The notes under the pieces were generated by a model. It was not told where the DNA came from and ran no database searches. It was given only the letters and a program-made list of their open reading frames with translations. A program made the translations under genes and the position numbers. A stretch of DNA of 64,000 bases from Candidatus Nomurabacteria bacterium (lineage in GTDB: Bacteria; Patescibacteriota; Minisyncoccia; Phycocordibacterales; UBA5272), in contig JBEIQD010000003.1 in assembly GCA_040376695.1 (NCBI GenBank), positions 1,789 to 65,788 of the forward strand, read 5' to 3'. Positions 1 through 9,955 of this stretch are shown one piece after another. Numbering within the stretch: position 1 is the stretch's first letter; each line of letters starts with the position of its first letter.

Positions 1-1164
1 AAAGTCTGAAAGAAGAGGTGGTTCTAATTTTGTGAAATCAACGTCACCGTTAATATCTTTAAGAGCATATGTTTCAGTTATTGCTTGATCAATAATGGCA
101 TCTTCTTCTGGAGTAAGGCCTCCAAGCATCACACGGAAAAGTCCAACGAGGTTAACAATGTTTGAACGAAGCACTTCAGACGGCGATTCATCTTCTGTTG
201 GGTGTGGTAAATCGAAAGGATTAATGTGGTGATCGCTTGTAAGGGAAATATCAAAGTATCTTCCGCCAACAGATTCAGCTAGGTATTCGTACTCTCGCTC
301 AGGGTCAATAATGATGACTTCCGTATCAAACATAAGGGTACGAAGAATTTCGAGTTTCGTCGTGTAACTCTTACCAGAACCTGATTTTGCGAAAACGATT
401 GAGTTGTAATTCTCAAGAGAGAAGCGATCAAAGAGGATGAGAGATCCATTGTGGCGATTGAGCCCATAGAGAATTCCTTTATCAGATGAAAGATCAAATG
501 ACACGAACGGGAAAAAAGAAGAAAGAGGTGACGTGTTCAGTTTATTTTTTATTTGAAGCTGGTCTTGCCCTAAAGGAAGGGTTGAAAGAAATCCAACGTC
601 TTGTTGAAACAATGCTGGTTTTACATACACTAATCGACTTTCTAGTATATTTTTTATTTCATTTTCAACTTTATCAACCTCAGCCTCTGTTGATCCATAT
701 ATGGAAATATAGAGAGATACCTCAAACATTTTTTCTTGTGCTTGAGTAAGTCCGTCACGCAAATCTTCAAGATCTTTGTACGCAACATCAAGTGTAGGGT
801 CACGAACAAGCCCCTTTTCTTCTCGTGTCATAATCTGACTCTCTACTTCCGCAACCTTTCTTTGAAACTGCTTCATGACATCTCCTGTATCAAGCGGAGT
901 TACGTGAATGGCAACATCAAATACCTTGTCCAAGTTAATGATAGGGCTTAGCCAGTTGTCTGTGAGGAATCGTGGGTATGAAATAACAAAGTACGAACGT
1001 ACAATATTTGTCCCCAAGTTGAGACTTTTTGGCCCAACACCCAAAGCAGAGGGCGCAATGATATCTTTCAGTTGCATTTCTGCCACTTTGTAAACCTGTT
1101 CAGGAAGAATAGGGTTTACGGGCGAGGCTGCTTGTTTCTTGTTTATAAAATCGAATATTCCCAT
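1..1164 (-). CDS. VirB4-like ATPase of the Patescibacteria type IV secretion-like cluster (runs off the left window edge)
   Basis: Not in the ORF track because it is truncated. Hand translation from ATG 1164 gives MGIFDFINKK...DIIAPSAL...YPRFL...WLSPIINLD, with Walker A FAKSGSGKS near 370-395. Confidence 0.85.
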   Translation of the reverse strand, partial: MGIFDFINKKQAASPVNPILPEQVYKVAEMQLKDIIAPSALGVGPKSLNLGTNIVRSYFVISYPRFLTDNWLSPIINLDKVFDVAIHVTPLDTGDVMKQFQRKVAEVESQIMTREEKGLVRDPTLDVAYKDLEDLRDGLTQAQEKMFEVSLYISIYGSTEAEVDKVENEIKNILESRLVYVKPALFQQDVGFLSTLPLGQDQLQIKNKLNTSPLSSFFPFVSFDLSSDKGILYGLNRHNGSLILFDRFSLENYNSIVFAKSGSGKSYTTKLEILRTLMFDTEVIIIDPEREYEYLAESVGGRYFDISLTSDHHINPFDLPHPTEDESPSEVLRSNIVNLVGLFRVMLGGLTPEEDAIIDQAITETYALKDINGDVDFTKLEPPLLSDF

Positions 1165-1172
1165 ATGTAGTA

Positions 1173-1814
1173 TTAATTATCGTTTATCTTAGGTGCTCCT
1201 CTGTCCTGCTCCCCTGGGTTAAAAAGTTTATAGAAGAGTTCAACCACTTCCTCTGTTCCAAGTTTTTGAGCACGTAATCCAAAACGATTAAGTCCTTGCA
1301 TAACTGTGGCGACTCTCTGTTCAAGCTGTATACGTGCGGCATCAAATGACCCCTGTTCTCCACCAGTAGAAGAGTTAGCTAAACCAAACGATAAGAATTT
1401 ATTCGCTTGATTTTGAGTATTAGTTTGAGCGGGTAAATATGGAATCACGATGAAGAAATGTTTTGTCATAATATTTGTTTCTTCTGTAAACTTTGTGATA
1501 AAGCCCATGTATTCATGGATTTGAATCTTAAGAAGATCTTCCTTCACTTCCCCTGATCTCTGTTGAAGAAGATCCATATACGGCTTGATGTTGAGTCTTC
1601 TTGATTGAATAAAAAATTGAATCGGAAAATCAAGTGAGTTGAGGAGATTCTGAAACTGAAGAAGAATAGCCTGTTGCTCATCCTCGCTCTTCAAAGAGAG
1701 GTTAAGAGACGAAGTAATAAGAACAGCGCGAAGCTCTCCATTCTTAAGCACAACAACACCATCACGCACGCGTTCGATTGGTACAAATTGTTGAGTTGCT
1801 ATTCCAGAAGCCAT
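1173..1814 (-). CDS. VirB4 N-terminal-like/TraC-like partner protein of the CPR T4SS cluster
   Basis: ATQQFVPIERVRDGVVVLKNG...NLSLKSEDEQQAI...LNSLDFPIQ motifs; lies between PrgI and VirB4; start trimmed to MASG. Confidence 0.7.
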   Translation of the reverse strand: MASGIATQQFVPIERVRDGVVVLKNGELRAVLITSSLNLSLKSEDEQQAILLQFQNLLNSLDFPIQFFIQSRRLNIKPYMDLLQQRSGEVKEDLLKIQIHEYMGFITKFTEETNIMTKHFFIVIPYLPAQTNTQNQANKFLSFGLANSSTGGEQGSFDAARIQLEQRVATVMQGLNRFGLRAQKLGTEEVVELFYKLFNPGEQDRGAPKINDN

Positions 1815-1850
1815 ATCTTGAAGTATACAGCATAGAAACAAGACCGAAGC

Positions 1851-2273
1851 TTATTCCTGTGAGTTACGATCAAGAACATCGAGACCAAGAGACACTTCGT
1901 GAAGCCTATCTTTGTTTACTTTTGAAACGGTTACTTCTTTTTCTGCGTCAGCAACTACCTTTTCTATGTTGGAAGTGTTTTCGGTTTGTTCTTTCGGTTG
2001 TTTCCATGTATAAATTTTGCCCCCTGTATAGTAAGCAAAAGCGCTTTCAAGTAAATCTCCAAAAGGTCTATTGTTGATTTTTACAAAAGCGAGCGAAAGA
2101 AAAAGTCCAGAAACCAAGAGAATAAGAACAACCGCAATAATTTTTATTGGAATAAATGTCCAAATAATAAAAGAAAATCCACCAGCGCCTAGGATATACC
2201 CAAATTGTTTAAGGGTAAGGGGTCCGACAACCTTGTCTTCCATGTCGATAAATTGAGGAACTCGGAATTGCAT
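1851..2273 (-). CDS. PrgI-family (VirB3-like) membrane protein
   Basis: MQFRVPQFIDMEDKVVGPLTLKQF N-terminus followed by two TM helices. Confidence 0.85.
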   Translation of the reverse strand: MQFRVPQFIDMEDKVVGPLTLKQFGYILGAGGFSFIIWTFIPIKIIAVVLILLVSGLFLSLAFVKINNRPFGDLLESAFAYYTGGKIYTWKQPKEQTENTSNIEKVVADAEKEVTVSKVNKDRLHEVSLGLDVLDRNSQE

Positions 2274-2301
2274 AGAGTAAAGTATATCACGCACTGAGTA
2301 G

Positions 2302-3069
2302 CTACTCAGAAGCCTCTCTGTAAGGGTCGATATTGTATTTTGTCGGGGCCTTACTATAGGAAGCCGTTTGAGCCTCTGGGGTTACTGCTTTGTCGTCCCC
2401 CGCGTGAGGCATAAACTCCTGAAGGGCAATGTTTGAGTCTAAAGCCCTATCATCTTTTGCTTCTATTCCAGAGATTTGTTCCTGGATTTTCTTAAGTCGT
2501 TCAGAAACTTCTTCATCGTTTGGAATTGTGTCTAGTATTTGTAACTGTTCTAGAAGTTGAGAGCGGGATCCCGCTACCACTGTTGCTTTTTTAGCCGCAG
2601 CGGGCGCCGGACTTACTGTTGCCGGAATTGATGGTTGGTTTTGATTTAAAACAGCCACTGGCTCTCGTTTCGTTGTATCAAGGATCTCTTTTCGTAGCTC
2701 ATCTGGAGATCTCCCTTCTTGGAACGTTAGAGTGACCATATCTTTAGGAGATTTACCTAAAATGCTAATACGAGCTTTTTCTAGAATGGTTTTGTCCAAA
2801 TCAGCAGCAAGCTTATAAGCCTCTTCCTCAGAAAGGCCCAATATATCAACAATTGCCCGCACCACATCCGTTGGCTTTAAAGCGCCAATAAGAATAAACG
2901 AAATAATGTTTGAAAGCGCGATGTAGGAGCTTACGGGTATTTTATACACCTTGCCTAAGATCGCTGTTGCATTGTTCACTTCGTCACCATGAATAAGCTC
3001 CTGAATATCAGCCGGAGATTGATCAAATAAATCATCCTGATTTGTTGCTATGTATGACGGGTTACTCAT
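2302..3069 (-). CDS. hypothetical protein of the T4SS-like cluster
   Basis: 255-aa ORF packed between neighbours; C-terminal DPYRE motif. Confidence 0.7.
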   Translation of the reverse strand: MSNPSYIATNQDDLFDQSPADIQELIHGDEVNNATAILGKVYKIPVSSYIALSNIISFILIGALKPTDVVRAIVDILGLSEEEAYKLAADLDKTILEKARISILGKSPKDMVTLTFQEGRSPDELRKEILDTTKREPVAVLNQNQPSIPATVSPAPAAAKKATVVAGSRSQLLEQLQILDTIPNDEEVSERLKKIQEQISGIEAKDDRALDSNIALQEFMPHAGDDKAVTPEAQTASYSKAPTKYNIDPYREASE

Positions 3070-3071
3070 AA

Positions 3072-5552
3072 TTATGCTGCGGTTGTGTAAGGTGTCTCAT
3101 TCGATGCTGATCTGGTTGAGTTAGACGGAGAAGGTTTTGGTGCTGTAGCGGTTGACGCGCCTGCGCCACTTTCATTATTTTTGTTACTTGTGTCTATGTT
3201 TCTTTGTGCTTCTGCTTGTTTTATTTTTCTTCTTTCTGCAAAAGATTCTTTTTGCATGTCAACGACAGAAGAAGATTCTTTTGATGAGGCAAAGTTTTTT
3301 TGCATTTCTGCAACTTCTGCTGCACTCATCATTTTTGCTTCTTCCGTTGGGTTCATTCGTTGTTCATCTGCAATAGCTTCAGCTTTTGTTGCTTGTAGCT
3401 GGGTTCCACCCCCTTCGTTTCTGATTCGCTCCTGAACATTAGCAGGAAGAGATTCGAGATACTCTTCTTTGTCTCCATCCTTTTTCCTTCCGTATGCTTT
3501 AACAAGCTTGTCCTCATCCTCTTTGATACTGTCTGCCGTTTTTTGCGCATCACTCTTAGCACCCCCAAGGAGTACTGCTCGTTGACCTGTGGATCCAAGC
3601 GAACCCGTTTTCTGTGCTATATATCCTTCACGAGCACTTGCATCTTTAATGCTTCCGTACTTCTTCTTCATTGCAAGATCTCTTGCCTCAAAATCTTTGT
3701 CATATGTTTGTGTTGTCCCCTTACCCATTCCCATACCAGCACTTGCCATACCGCGGTTTACCATTCCAATATTACGAGTATCAAATGTACTTTGTGCTAA
3801 GGAATTTGTGAGTGAATATAAACCCCTTCCTGTTCGTGAGCCCTGCATTTTATCCATCATCCCACTATCACGTAACCGCGCCGCAGCGAGACCAACACTT
3901 CCCCGGGCAAGCAATCCTGCGCCCCCTGAGGCAACCCCAAGTCCAAATCCACCTACTTTACCTATTGCGTTAGTTGCCATCTCGCCCGCCGTGCCCGCCG
4001 CCGCTTTAGTTACTTTAAGCATGATGTGGAGCATAACAATCATCATAAGAATATTAAAAAATATTTTTACATTTTCAGCCCCTCCACTTGCAAGTGGTCC
4101 TCCTGCCGTCTGGAACACATCCATAAACTTAAGAGTGAGAGCAAGCATAATCATGAACACCGGAGCCACAATGAGCTGTTCAAAAAACATCTTACGCATC
4201 TTCACTGCGACATCTCCTAGTTTTGGTACAACGGCATCAACTAAAAGAAGCGGAGAAGCAACAATAAGAAAAGCAAATACGGCAGCTCTCATAACGAGAA
4301 GCGCTGTCGCCATAAAGAGAACATACGCAGCATAGAGCGCAAAAACCACAGCAACCAATGCCCCTGGGGTGCTATTAATTCGTGAGGTAAAACCAGAACC
4401 AGTGTCGGTTTTTGTTGCGCTTACGAATAGATCGGTCAATCCAAGTCTATTCATAATAAGAGATCCAGCGGTGTTTCCTCCAGAGGTTGTTATGTCACTT
4501 CCAAAGTTACTTCCCAAAGCTTCACTCCCTACCGCACTTGAATAAATATTTAAGGAAACAATATTTGAGACATCAACAAGCGCTCTTGTTACGGGATATG
4601 AAAAGTTTACAAAAAGAGCGAATATCGCAAGCCACCCAATATATTTACCAAATGTGTCTTCACGTCCGATGATATACATGAACCCAAGATACAGTCCCGC
4701 AAACACTACAACGAGAGAAACTATTTGGCGAATAATTACCCATATAGGATAGAGTGATGTTGGTGACCATTTAGCAAAATCAAGAACACTTATCTGAATT
4801 GCAAAGTTGAGCATGTTAGCCGCAAGCCAAGCAAGAAAACCAGCAATCTGTAGGAACGTATTCTTAACCAACCATGCAAATCCAGCGTCAATACAATCTA
4901 CGATTGAAGCATTGAAAAGCGAAGTACATTTTTTTGTATCGTTAGCGGCCACTATCCCTGAAGAAGACTCACCCGCAGTGGAAACTGCTGTGGCGTTGCC
5001 GAGTGAGTTTGCTTCTGCACTACCGGCGGTGATTGTGCCAGCTTCAATTTGTTTAGCTTGTGTGAGGAGCTGTGCCCACTGAGTTGTGTATGTTCTAATA
5101 ATGCCGTTTGCTCGGGGTTCTTGTTTTTCTTGCACTGTTAAAGCTCCCCAGCCCGACTGAAACTTAGCTTCTGCGGCAACATTTGCTTGAATGGCCGCTT
5201 TTACAGGACTGAGTCCTACTCCCTGTGACTGAGCGAAGCTTGCTGTATACGTTGCCTTCTCGTCCTGAAATACTTTTATGTTCTTCGCTAAGGTTGCCGA
5301 TATTGTTGCTTTGTTTGGTTCATTGGTCAGAGCGTCTACCGCTTTCTTTGTGTCCTCGAGAGATTTTATGGTTGCATCCAAAATAGCGATACCTTGGTTA
5401 GAAAAATAAGAATACGACCCTTGAGTGTTTGCAATAGCGCCAGATTCAGTTTGTCTATCAATTCCTTGAGCAAAAACTGTAGAAGGTTGAGCTACCCAAA
5501 GGATACTCAAAACTAGGACGATACTACACGCAAAAAAACCAAGTCGTTTCAT
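3072..5552 (-). CDS. VirB6/TrbL-like polytopic membrane protein
   Basis: Signal peptide, multi-TM core, Gly/Ala-rich segment and charged tail; upstream of PrgI/VirB4. Confidence 0.7.
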   Translation of the reverse strand: MKRLGFFACSIVLVLSILWVAQPSTVFAQGIDRQTESGAIANTQGSYSYFSNQGIAILDATIKSLEDTKKAVDALTNEPNKATISATLAKNIKVFQDEKATYTASFAQSQGVGLSPVKAAIQANVAAEAKFQSGWGALTVQEKQEPRANGIIRTYTTQWAQLLTQAKQIEAGTITAGSAEANSLGNATAVSTAGESSSGIVAANDTKKCTSLFNASIVDCIDAGFAWLVKNTFLQIAGFLAWLAANMLNFAIQISVLDFAKWSPTSLYPIWVIIRQIVSLVVVFAGLYLGFMYIIGREDTFGKYIGWLAIFALFVNFSYPVTRALVDVSNIVSLNIYSSAVGSEALGSNFGSDITTSGGNTAGSLIMNRLGLTDLFVSATKTDTGSGFTSRINSTPGALVAVVFALYAAYVLFMATALLVMRAAVFAFLIVASPLLLVDAVVPKLGDVAVKMRKMFFEQLIVAPVFMIMLALTLKFMDVFQTAGGPLASGGAENVKIFFNILMMIVMLHIMLKVTKAAAGTAGEMATNAIGKVGGFGLGVASGGAGLLARGSVGLAAARLRDSGMMDKMQGSRTGRGLYSLTNSLAQSTFDTRNIGMVNRGMASAGMGMGKGTTQTYDKDFEARDLAMKKKYGSIKDASAREGYIAQKTGSLGSTGQRAVLLGGAKSDAQKTADSIKEDEDKLVKAYGRKKDGDKEEYLESLPANVQERIRNEGGGTQLQATKAEAIADEQRMNPTEEAKMMSAAEVAEMQKNFASSKESSSVVDMQKESFAERRKIKQAEAQRNIDTSNKNNESGAGASTATAPKPSPSNSTRSASNETPYTTAA

Positions 5553-5668
5553 ACCGTGAAGTGTATCATGTCAAACGTCTCAATCATCGCCATTATTATG
5601 GATAAATCATAATTTCATAAAGAAAAATAGCCCCCGCAAGGGACTATATTTCTGTGTAAGTATTTATC

Positions 5669-7360
5669 TTAGAACGCACCACCGTCACCTCCCCCTGATT
5701 GATTATTTTGTTGGTAGCTTTGACGTATCTGAGCGCATTCCGTGGTGAGTCTAGGAATTGATCCCACAGAACTGTTGTCCTGCTTGATTGTGCCATTAAA
5801 TCTTACGAAATCAGCCTGTCTTTTTGAAGCTGCTGAAAGACTTGGAAGTCCTTGGTCTTCAACTTTTTTCTGATAATCACTAAATAGTGTTGTTATTTCC
5901 CCCGTCGATTTTGATGCAGCAACCGCAACAAGTGTGTCATTGATGAGGGTTCGCGTTGTGTTGATACCGTTAAGGTTTTTAGTTGACTCTGCCTGTGTAC
6001 TTTGAATAACAGCTAGTTTATTTGAAGTGAAGCTAAGCGCTGAAACAACGCGCGGATCGTTTTTTAGATTAAAATCTTCACCCAGCTTTTCATAACATAC
6101 TTGAATGGTTTGTATGCTATTTTGATACCCAGCCAGCTCAGCCAGGAAGCTTCGCTCAGTGCCTTCAAGTGAGTTTAAAGAAGTGAGGTGGGCTTGAAGT
6201 GGGGTTTGTACTGTACTTGCAGTTTCTGTTTGCTTGCTTGGAGTATCAAGATCTTGAATTTGATTTAAACTTGCTTGATTACTGTTCCCTGGAGAAATAT
6301 CAGATAGCTGTCGTGTAGAAGCCACAACCTGTAAAATTGAACTCAAACTGTTGAATATACCAGAACCAAAAGTACTTTCCAGTTTTTTTAATGGAGCGTT
6401 TAAAGCTTCCTGGAAGGCGCTACTCAAAGCACTTCCTGTATTTGTTATGGTTTCTACTCTACAAGGAACGTTTGCGATATCAGATCCGTCTGCTGTTGCT
6501 GGTTGGTCACACTTTGTGGCACTCGCGATACCTCCACCCCTGTTCAAGTCAGCTTCTGCTGCCTTTTCTTTTTTAGCTTTATCTTCCGCTATGGCAACTT
6601 GCGTTCGAACGCTTCGATTATATTCATTATCACCAAAACTTACCGCCAAAAGACTATCAGTTCCAGCTATATCTGGTCGTTGCTTACCAACTGCTTCCAG
6701 TTTTCTTGCAAGCGGAATGTTGATGGTTGGATTCCCTACACATAATGAGTTAAAAAGATCTTGTTTTCTGTTTTGGTATGCCTCTAAATCATACGTCCCG
6801 TCACTTTTCATTACATCATTCTTCGCTACGTTTGAAAGCGAAGCATCTTTACAGAGATTGTTTTGAACAATATTTGGAATTGAGGAGTTGCCCAAAGACC
6901 CCAAGACACTGGTGAGGTTAGAAGATCCTCTATAGCTATTAATGACACTTCCTAGAATACTTGAACTATATGTTCCATTCTGCTGAGAAATATCTCCAAT
7001 ATTAACCCTAACAGAATTTAGTCCTTTATTTTGAACCCATTGTTCAGGGTTTTGAACAAGAAGAGAGTTTCCACCAAGAGAACCTGTTATTAAGTTAATA
7101 GTGTTTGTTTGCTGTTGAATTTGAGCAAGTGCGATAAGGCCATTTCCTAATGGGTCAAGAACAGTATCCTGCAAAAAGCCGGTATAGGCATAAAACTCAG
7201 TAGCCACAGCTGAGGCGGCACTTATAAAGTCTTCCGCTAACTGAAGATATCTAGTAATTTCAGCTTGTGGGTCGAATACCACATATTGAGCATGAGTTGT
7301 TTGAACTGTTGAAAACAAAACAGTGAAGAAAAATGCTGATGTTATAAAAAAGTGTTTCAT
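5669..7360 (-). CDS. secreted helical protein, possibly VirB5-like
   Basis: Signal peptide MKHFF...THA followed by YVVFDP; Gln/Ser-rich helices; adjacent to the VirB6-like gene. Confidence 0.55.
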   Translation of the reverse strand: MKHFFITSAFFFTVLFSTVQTTHAQYVVFDPQAEITRYLQLAEDFISAASAVATEFYAYTGFLQDTVLDPLGNGLIALAQIQQQTNTINLITGSLGGNSLLVQNPEQWVQNKGLNSVRVNIGDISQQNGTYSSSILGSVINSYRGSSNLTSVLGSLGNSSIPNIVQNNLCKDASLSNVAKNDVMKSDGTYDLEAYQNRKQDLFNSLCVGNPTINIPLARKLEAVGKQRPDIAGTDSLLAVSFGDNEYNRSVRTQVAIAEDKAKKEKAAEADLNRGGGIASATKCDQPATADGSDIANVPCRVETITNTGSALSSAFQEALNAPLKKLESTFGSGIFNSLSSILQVVASTRQLSDISPGNSNQASLNQIQDLDTPSKQTETASTVQTPLQAHLTSLNSLEGTERSFLAELAGYQNSIQTIQVCYEKLGEDFNLKNDPRVVSALSFTSNKLAVIQSTQAESTKNLNGINTTRTLINDTLVAVAASKSTGEITTLFSDYQKKVEDQGLPSLSAASKRQADFVRFNGTIKQDNSSVGSIPRLTTECAQIRQSYQQNNQSGGGDGGAF

Positions 7361-7364
7361 AGAC

Positions 7365-8318
7365 TTAGTGTGTAATTCCATTATATCCCACAATATAAAT
7401 ATACCCAGGTTCAGTTGAGGTGAATGTTACATTTTTAAGATTAAAATAATCCCCCAACATAGGGTAAATTCTAATTGTTGCGGCAGTTACCTCTTGATAT
7501 TTTTTAAGAGCAACGGTTGCGCGAATAGCATCAGTGTTTGCGGCAGAAAGGTTTGCTAGAGTGTTACTGTACTCAGAAACTCTGTTAAGTGTTGTAAGGT
7601 GGTAAGGAAGTGCTGATTTCGGAACTTCTAATGCTAAAAGTTTCTTCGTTGCAGCTGCCACCTTTTCAGCATCAGCGGCTAAAGGAAGAAGGTTGCCCTC
7701 GTCTGCTGTTTGAAGATACCCGCTGACACTCACTAAATCTCTGGCAACAGTTTCTTTTGTAATAAGATTTTTAAGTATTGTTGCCACAGCGTTTCCGTAT
7801 TTCTTGATTGCTACTTTGTCATCAGTGGTAAGTTTTACGTCTGAAGACGCGTACACAGTTGCTGATACTTTTTGCCCCTCTTCGCTAAGGAGTTGTCCAA
7901 AAACTTCCTGTTTACTAGCCTCATCAACTATCCCGCTTTGCTGTAAAGCTGTCGAAGCAATGTAAGCATTTTTTGTAAATGACGCTGTTATATTATTTGG
8001 GTCATTCAGTATTGCAATCCCTTTCGCATCTGTTTCAAACGTTGCATTAGTGGCTTCTGGAGAAAGAGAAAGTGAGCTTGCGATCAGTTCACCCCAACTG
8101 ATTGCCCCATCATTATTAGTATCTGTTGCAAGATTTTCTGGTTGAGCGAGGTTTCCTAGATTCAGAGGTTCATATCGTCTCGTTTGCGGCTCTATTCCAA
8201 ACCAAGAGGCTGGAAGTAGAGATGTCCCAATCGTTAAAATGAAAACAATACCTAACAACAAGAGAGGTGTATTACTTTTTTCTTGCGAAATGAGGCTTTT
8301 AGATGTGGAGATGTTCAT
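7365..8318 (-). CDS. membrane-anchored hypothetical protein
   Basis: N-terminal TM helix and DTNNDG Ca-binding-like loop; start moved to the ATG 7 nt after a TATACT. Confidence 0.65.
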   Translation of the reverse strand: MNISTSKSLISQEKSNTPLLLLGIVFILTIGTSLLPASWFGIEPQTRRYEPLNLGNLAQPENLATDTNNDGAISWGELIASSLSLSPEATNATFETDAKGIAILNDPNNITASFTKNAYIASTALQQSGIVDEASKQEVFGQLLSEEGQKVSATVYASSDVKLTTDDKVAIKKYGNAVATILKNLITKETVARDLVSVSGYLQTADEGNLLPLAADAEKVAAATKKLLALEVPKSALPYHLTTLNRVSEYSNTLANLSAANTDAIRATVALKKYQEVTAATIRIYPMLGDYFNLKNVTFTSTEPGYIYIVGYNGITH

Positions 8319-8411
8319 ATTCATGAGTATACATCTAAAAATCACCCAAAAATCATTATTTGTTAACATGGTTAGTCTTTGTTTCAATAGTGGATTACAA
8401 TTTACTATGTA

Positions 8412-9164
8412 ATGATTATCCTTATTATCCTCTTTGTGGTTGTTGTTCTTGAATTTTCCTACAGTGCCTATGTTAGAGATGGAATGTATTCCAGAGAAAG
8501 CACACAAGTAAATATCTTTACTCAAGCTTTTGGTGTTTTGAAAGATGTTTTGATACCAAGTTTAGGAGTTATAGGTATTATTGGCTTCGTAAACGGAATA
8601 GTTCCGCATGTTCTAGAAATTCCCTTCACCTTATTTTCTTTCATTACTTGTTTACTTCTCATGGATTTTCTTTACTATCTTTTCCACCGAGCTAATCATT
8701 ATTTTGGATTACTGTGGATGTTTCATTTTGTTCACCACAGCGACACGAAGCTGAATCTAAGTGTTGGATTTAGATCTTCATGGTTTGAAATGGTTGGTCT
8801 ATTTGCAACATACTCCCTGCTTTTGGCGATAGGGTTCCCTCTATCTTTATTTTTGGCAGCATTCACAGTTACATCAACGTATCAATTTTTAACACACAGT
8901 AGGTATATACAAATACCAACTTATTTAGAATATGTTTTTGTAACACCACATTTCCACGCGACCCATCATGATAAAAGAATACAATATCAGAACAGTAATT
9001 TCGGAGGAGTTTTTAGCTTGTGGGATAGATTTTTTTCTACGTATGCAAAAGATGTAGAAGTTTCATCTTTTGGTATTGAAGGATATAAACAAAATAATGT
9101 TATTAAAATCCACACTGATCCGATTCTGCAGTATGTGCGCAGGAAGTTTAGAGCGCTGAAATAG
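8412..9164 (+). CDS. sterol desaturase / fatty-acid hydroxylase superfamily membrane di-iron enzyme
   Basis: His boxes HRANH, HFVHH, THS and HATHH, plus SNFGGVFSLWDRFF. Confidence 0.9.
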   Translation: MIILIILFVVVVLEFSYSAYVRDGMYSRESTQVNIFTQAFGVLKDVLIPSLGVIGIIGFVNGIVPHVLEIPFTLFSFITCLLLMDFLYYLFHRANHYFGLLWMFHFVHHSDTKLNLSVGFRSSWFEMVGLFATYSLLLAIGFPLSLFLAAFTVTSTYQFLTHSRYIQIPTYLEYVFVTPHFHATHHDKRIQYQNSNFGGVFSLWDRFFSTYAKDVEVSSFGIEGYKQNNVIKIHTDPILQYVRRKFRALK

Positions 9165-9906
9165 TAAGCCAGACTTCTAAAGAAACATCCTCTGCTCTTG
9201 TTTTTTCGTCAATATTATTTTTAAGAAAAACTTCTTGCCAATTAGTCGTAGGGATTTTCTCCTTCAAATTAGATAGCAGGTATTTTCTTTTGTGTGCAAA
9301 GCCAGCTTTAACAATGTTAAAAAACATTTGCTCGTGGTACTGATTTTTAAAGTTTTTGCGAGATATATTTTTAATCTGTAATACAGCTGAATCAACAGTA
9401 GGGATAGGATTAAAGCTTCCCCTAGATACTTTATACACAAGCTTTGGTTCCCCGTAAGCTTTCACAGAAAGCGAAAGAATGGATTCCTTCCCTTCTTTGG
9501 CACACACACGCACCGCAACTTCTTTTTGAACAAGCACAACCATAGTAGTTGGTTGGTTAACATGAGAAAGATATCGCTCGAGAATGGCTCCTGTTATATA
9601 GTATGGAATATTTGCGATTAATTTATACCCCGCACTTTCTGGGTTATAAGTAAGAGCATCCCCTTCTATAAGGGTGAAGTTTTTGTTCGTGCTAAATTTT
9701 TCAGTAAGTAGCGGGATAAGATCAGTGTCCTTTTCAAGAGCAGTAACGTGTGCACCTGTTTCAATAAGAGATTGAGTAAGGAATCCTTTCCCTGGACCAA
9801 TTTCAAGAATTGAATCTGACGGAGTCACTTCCCCTGCTTCCACAATTGCTATACGTGCTGGGATTGAGGTTAGAAAGTTTTGACCAAGAGCCTTTTTAGG
9901 TTTCAT
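9148..9906 (-). CDS. rsmA: 16S rRNA adenine dimethyltransferase
   Basis: KKALGQNFL, EIGPGKG and ANIPYYIT motifs. Confidence 0.95.
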   Translation of the reverse strand: MKPKKALGQNFLTSIPARIAIVEAGEVTPSDSILEIGPGKGFLTQSLIETGAHVTALEKDTDLIPLLTEKFSTNKNFTLIEGDALTYNPESAGYKLIANIPYYITGAILERYLSHVNQPTTMVVLVQKEVAVRVCAKEGKESILSLSVKAYGEPKLVYKVSRGSFNPIPTVDSAVLQIKNISRKNFKNQYHEQMFFNIVKAGFAHKRKYLLSNLKEKIPTTNWQEVFLKNNIDEKTRAEDVSLEVWLTISAL

Positions 9907-9955
9907 GTATGAACTCTATCATGCAATGTAGTTGCCGCCTATGCTGCGGTGGTTT

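Noticed and set aside
3589-4335. 248-aa plus-strand ORF and similar long antisense ORFs (6351, 12451, 49764, 56334)
   Set aside because: Shadows of well-supported genes on the other strand; no signals or motifs.
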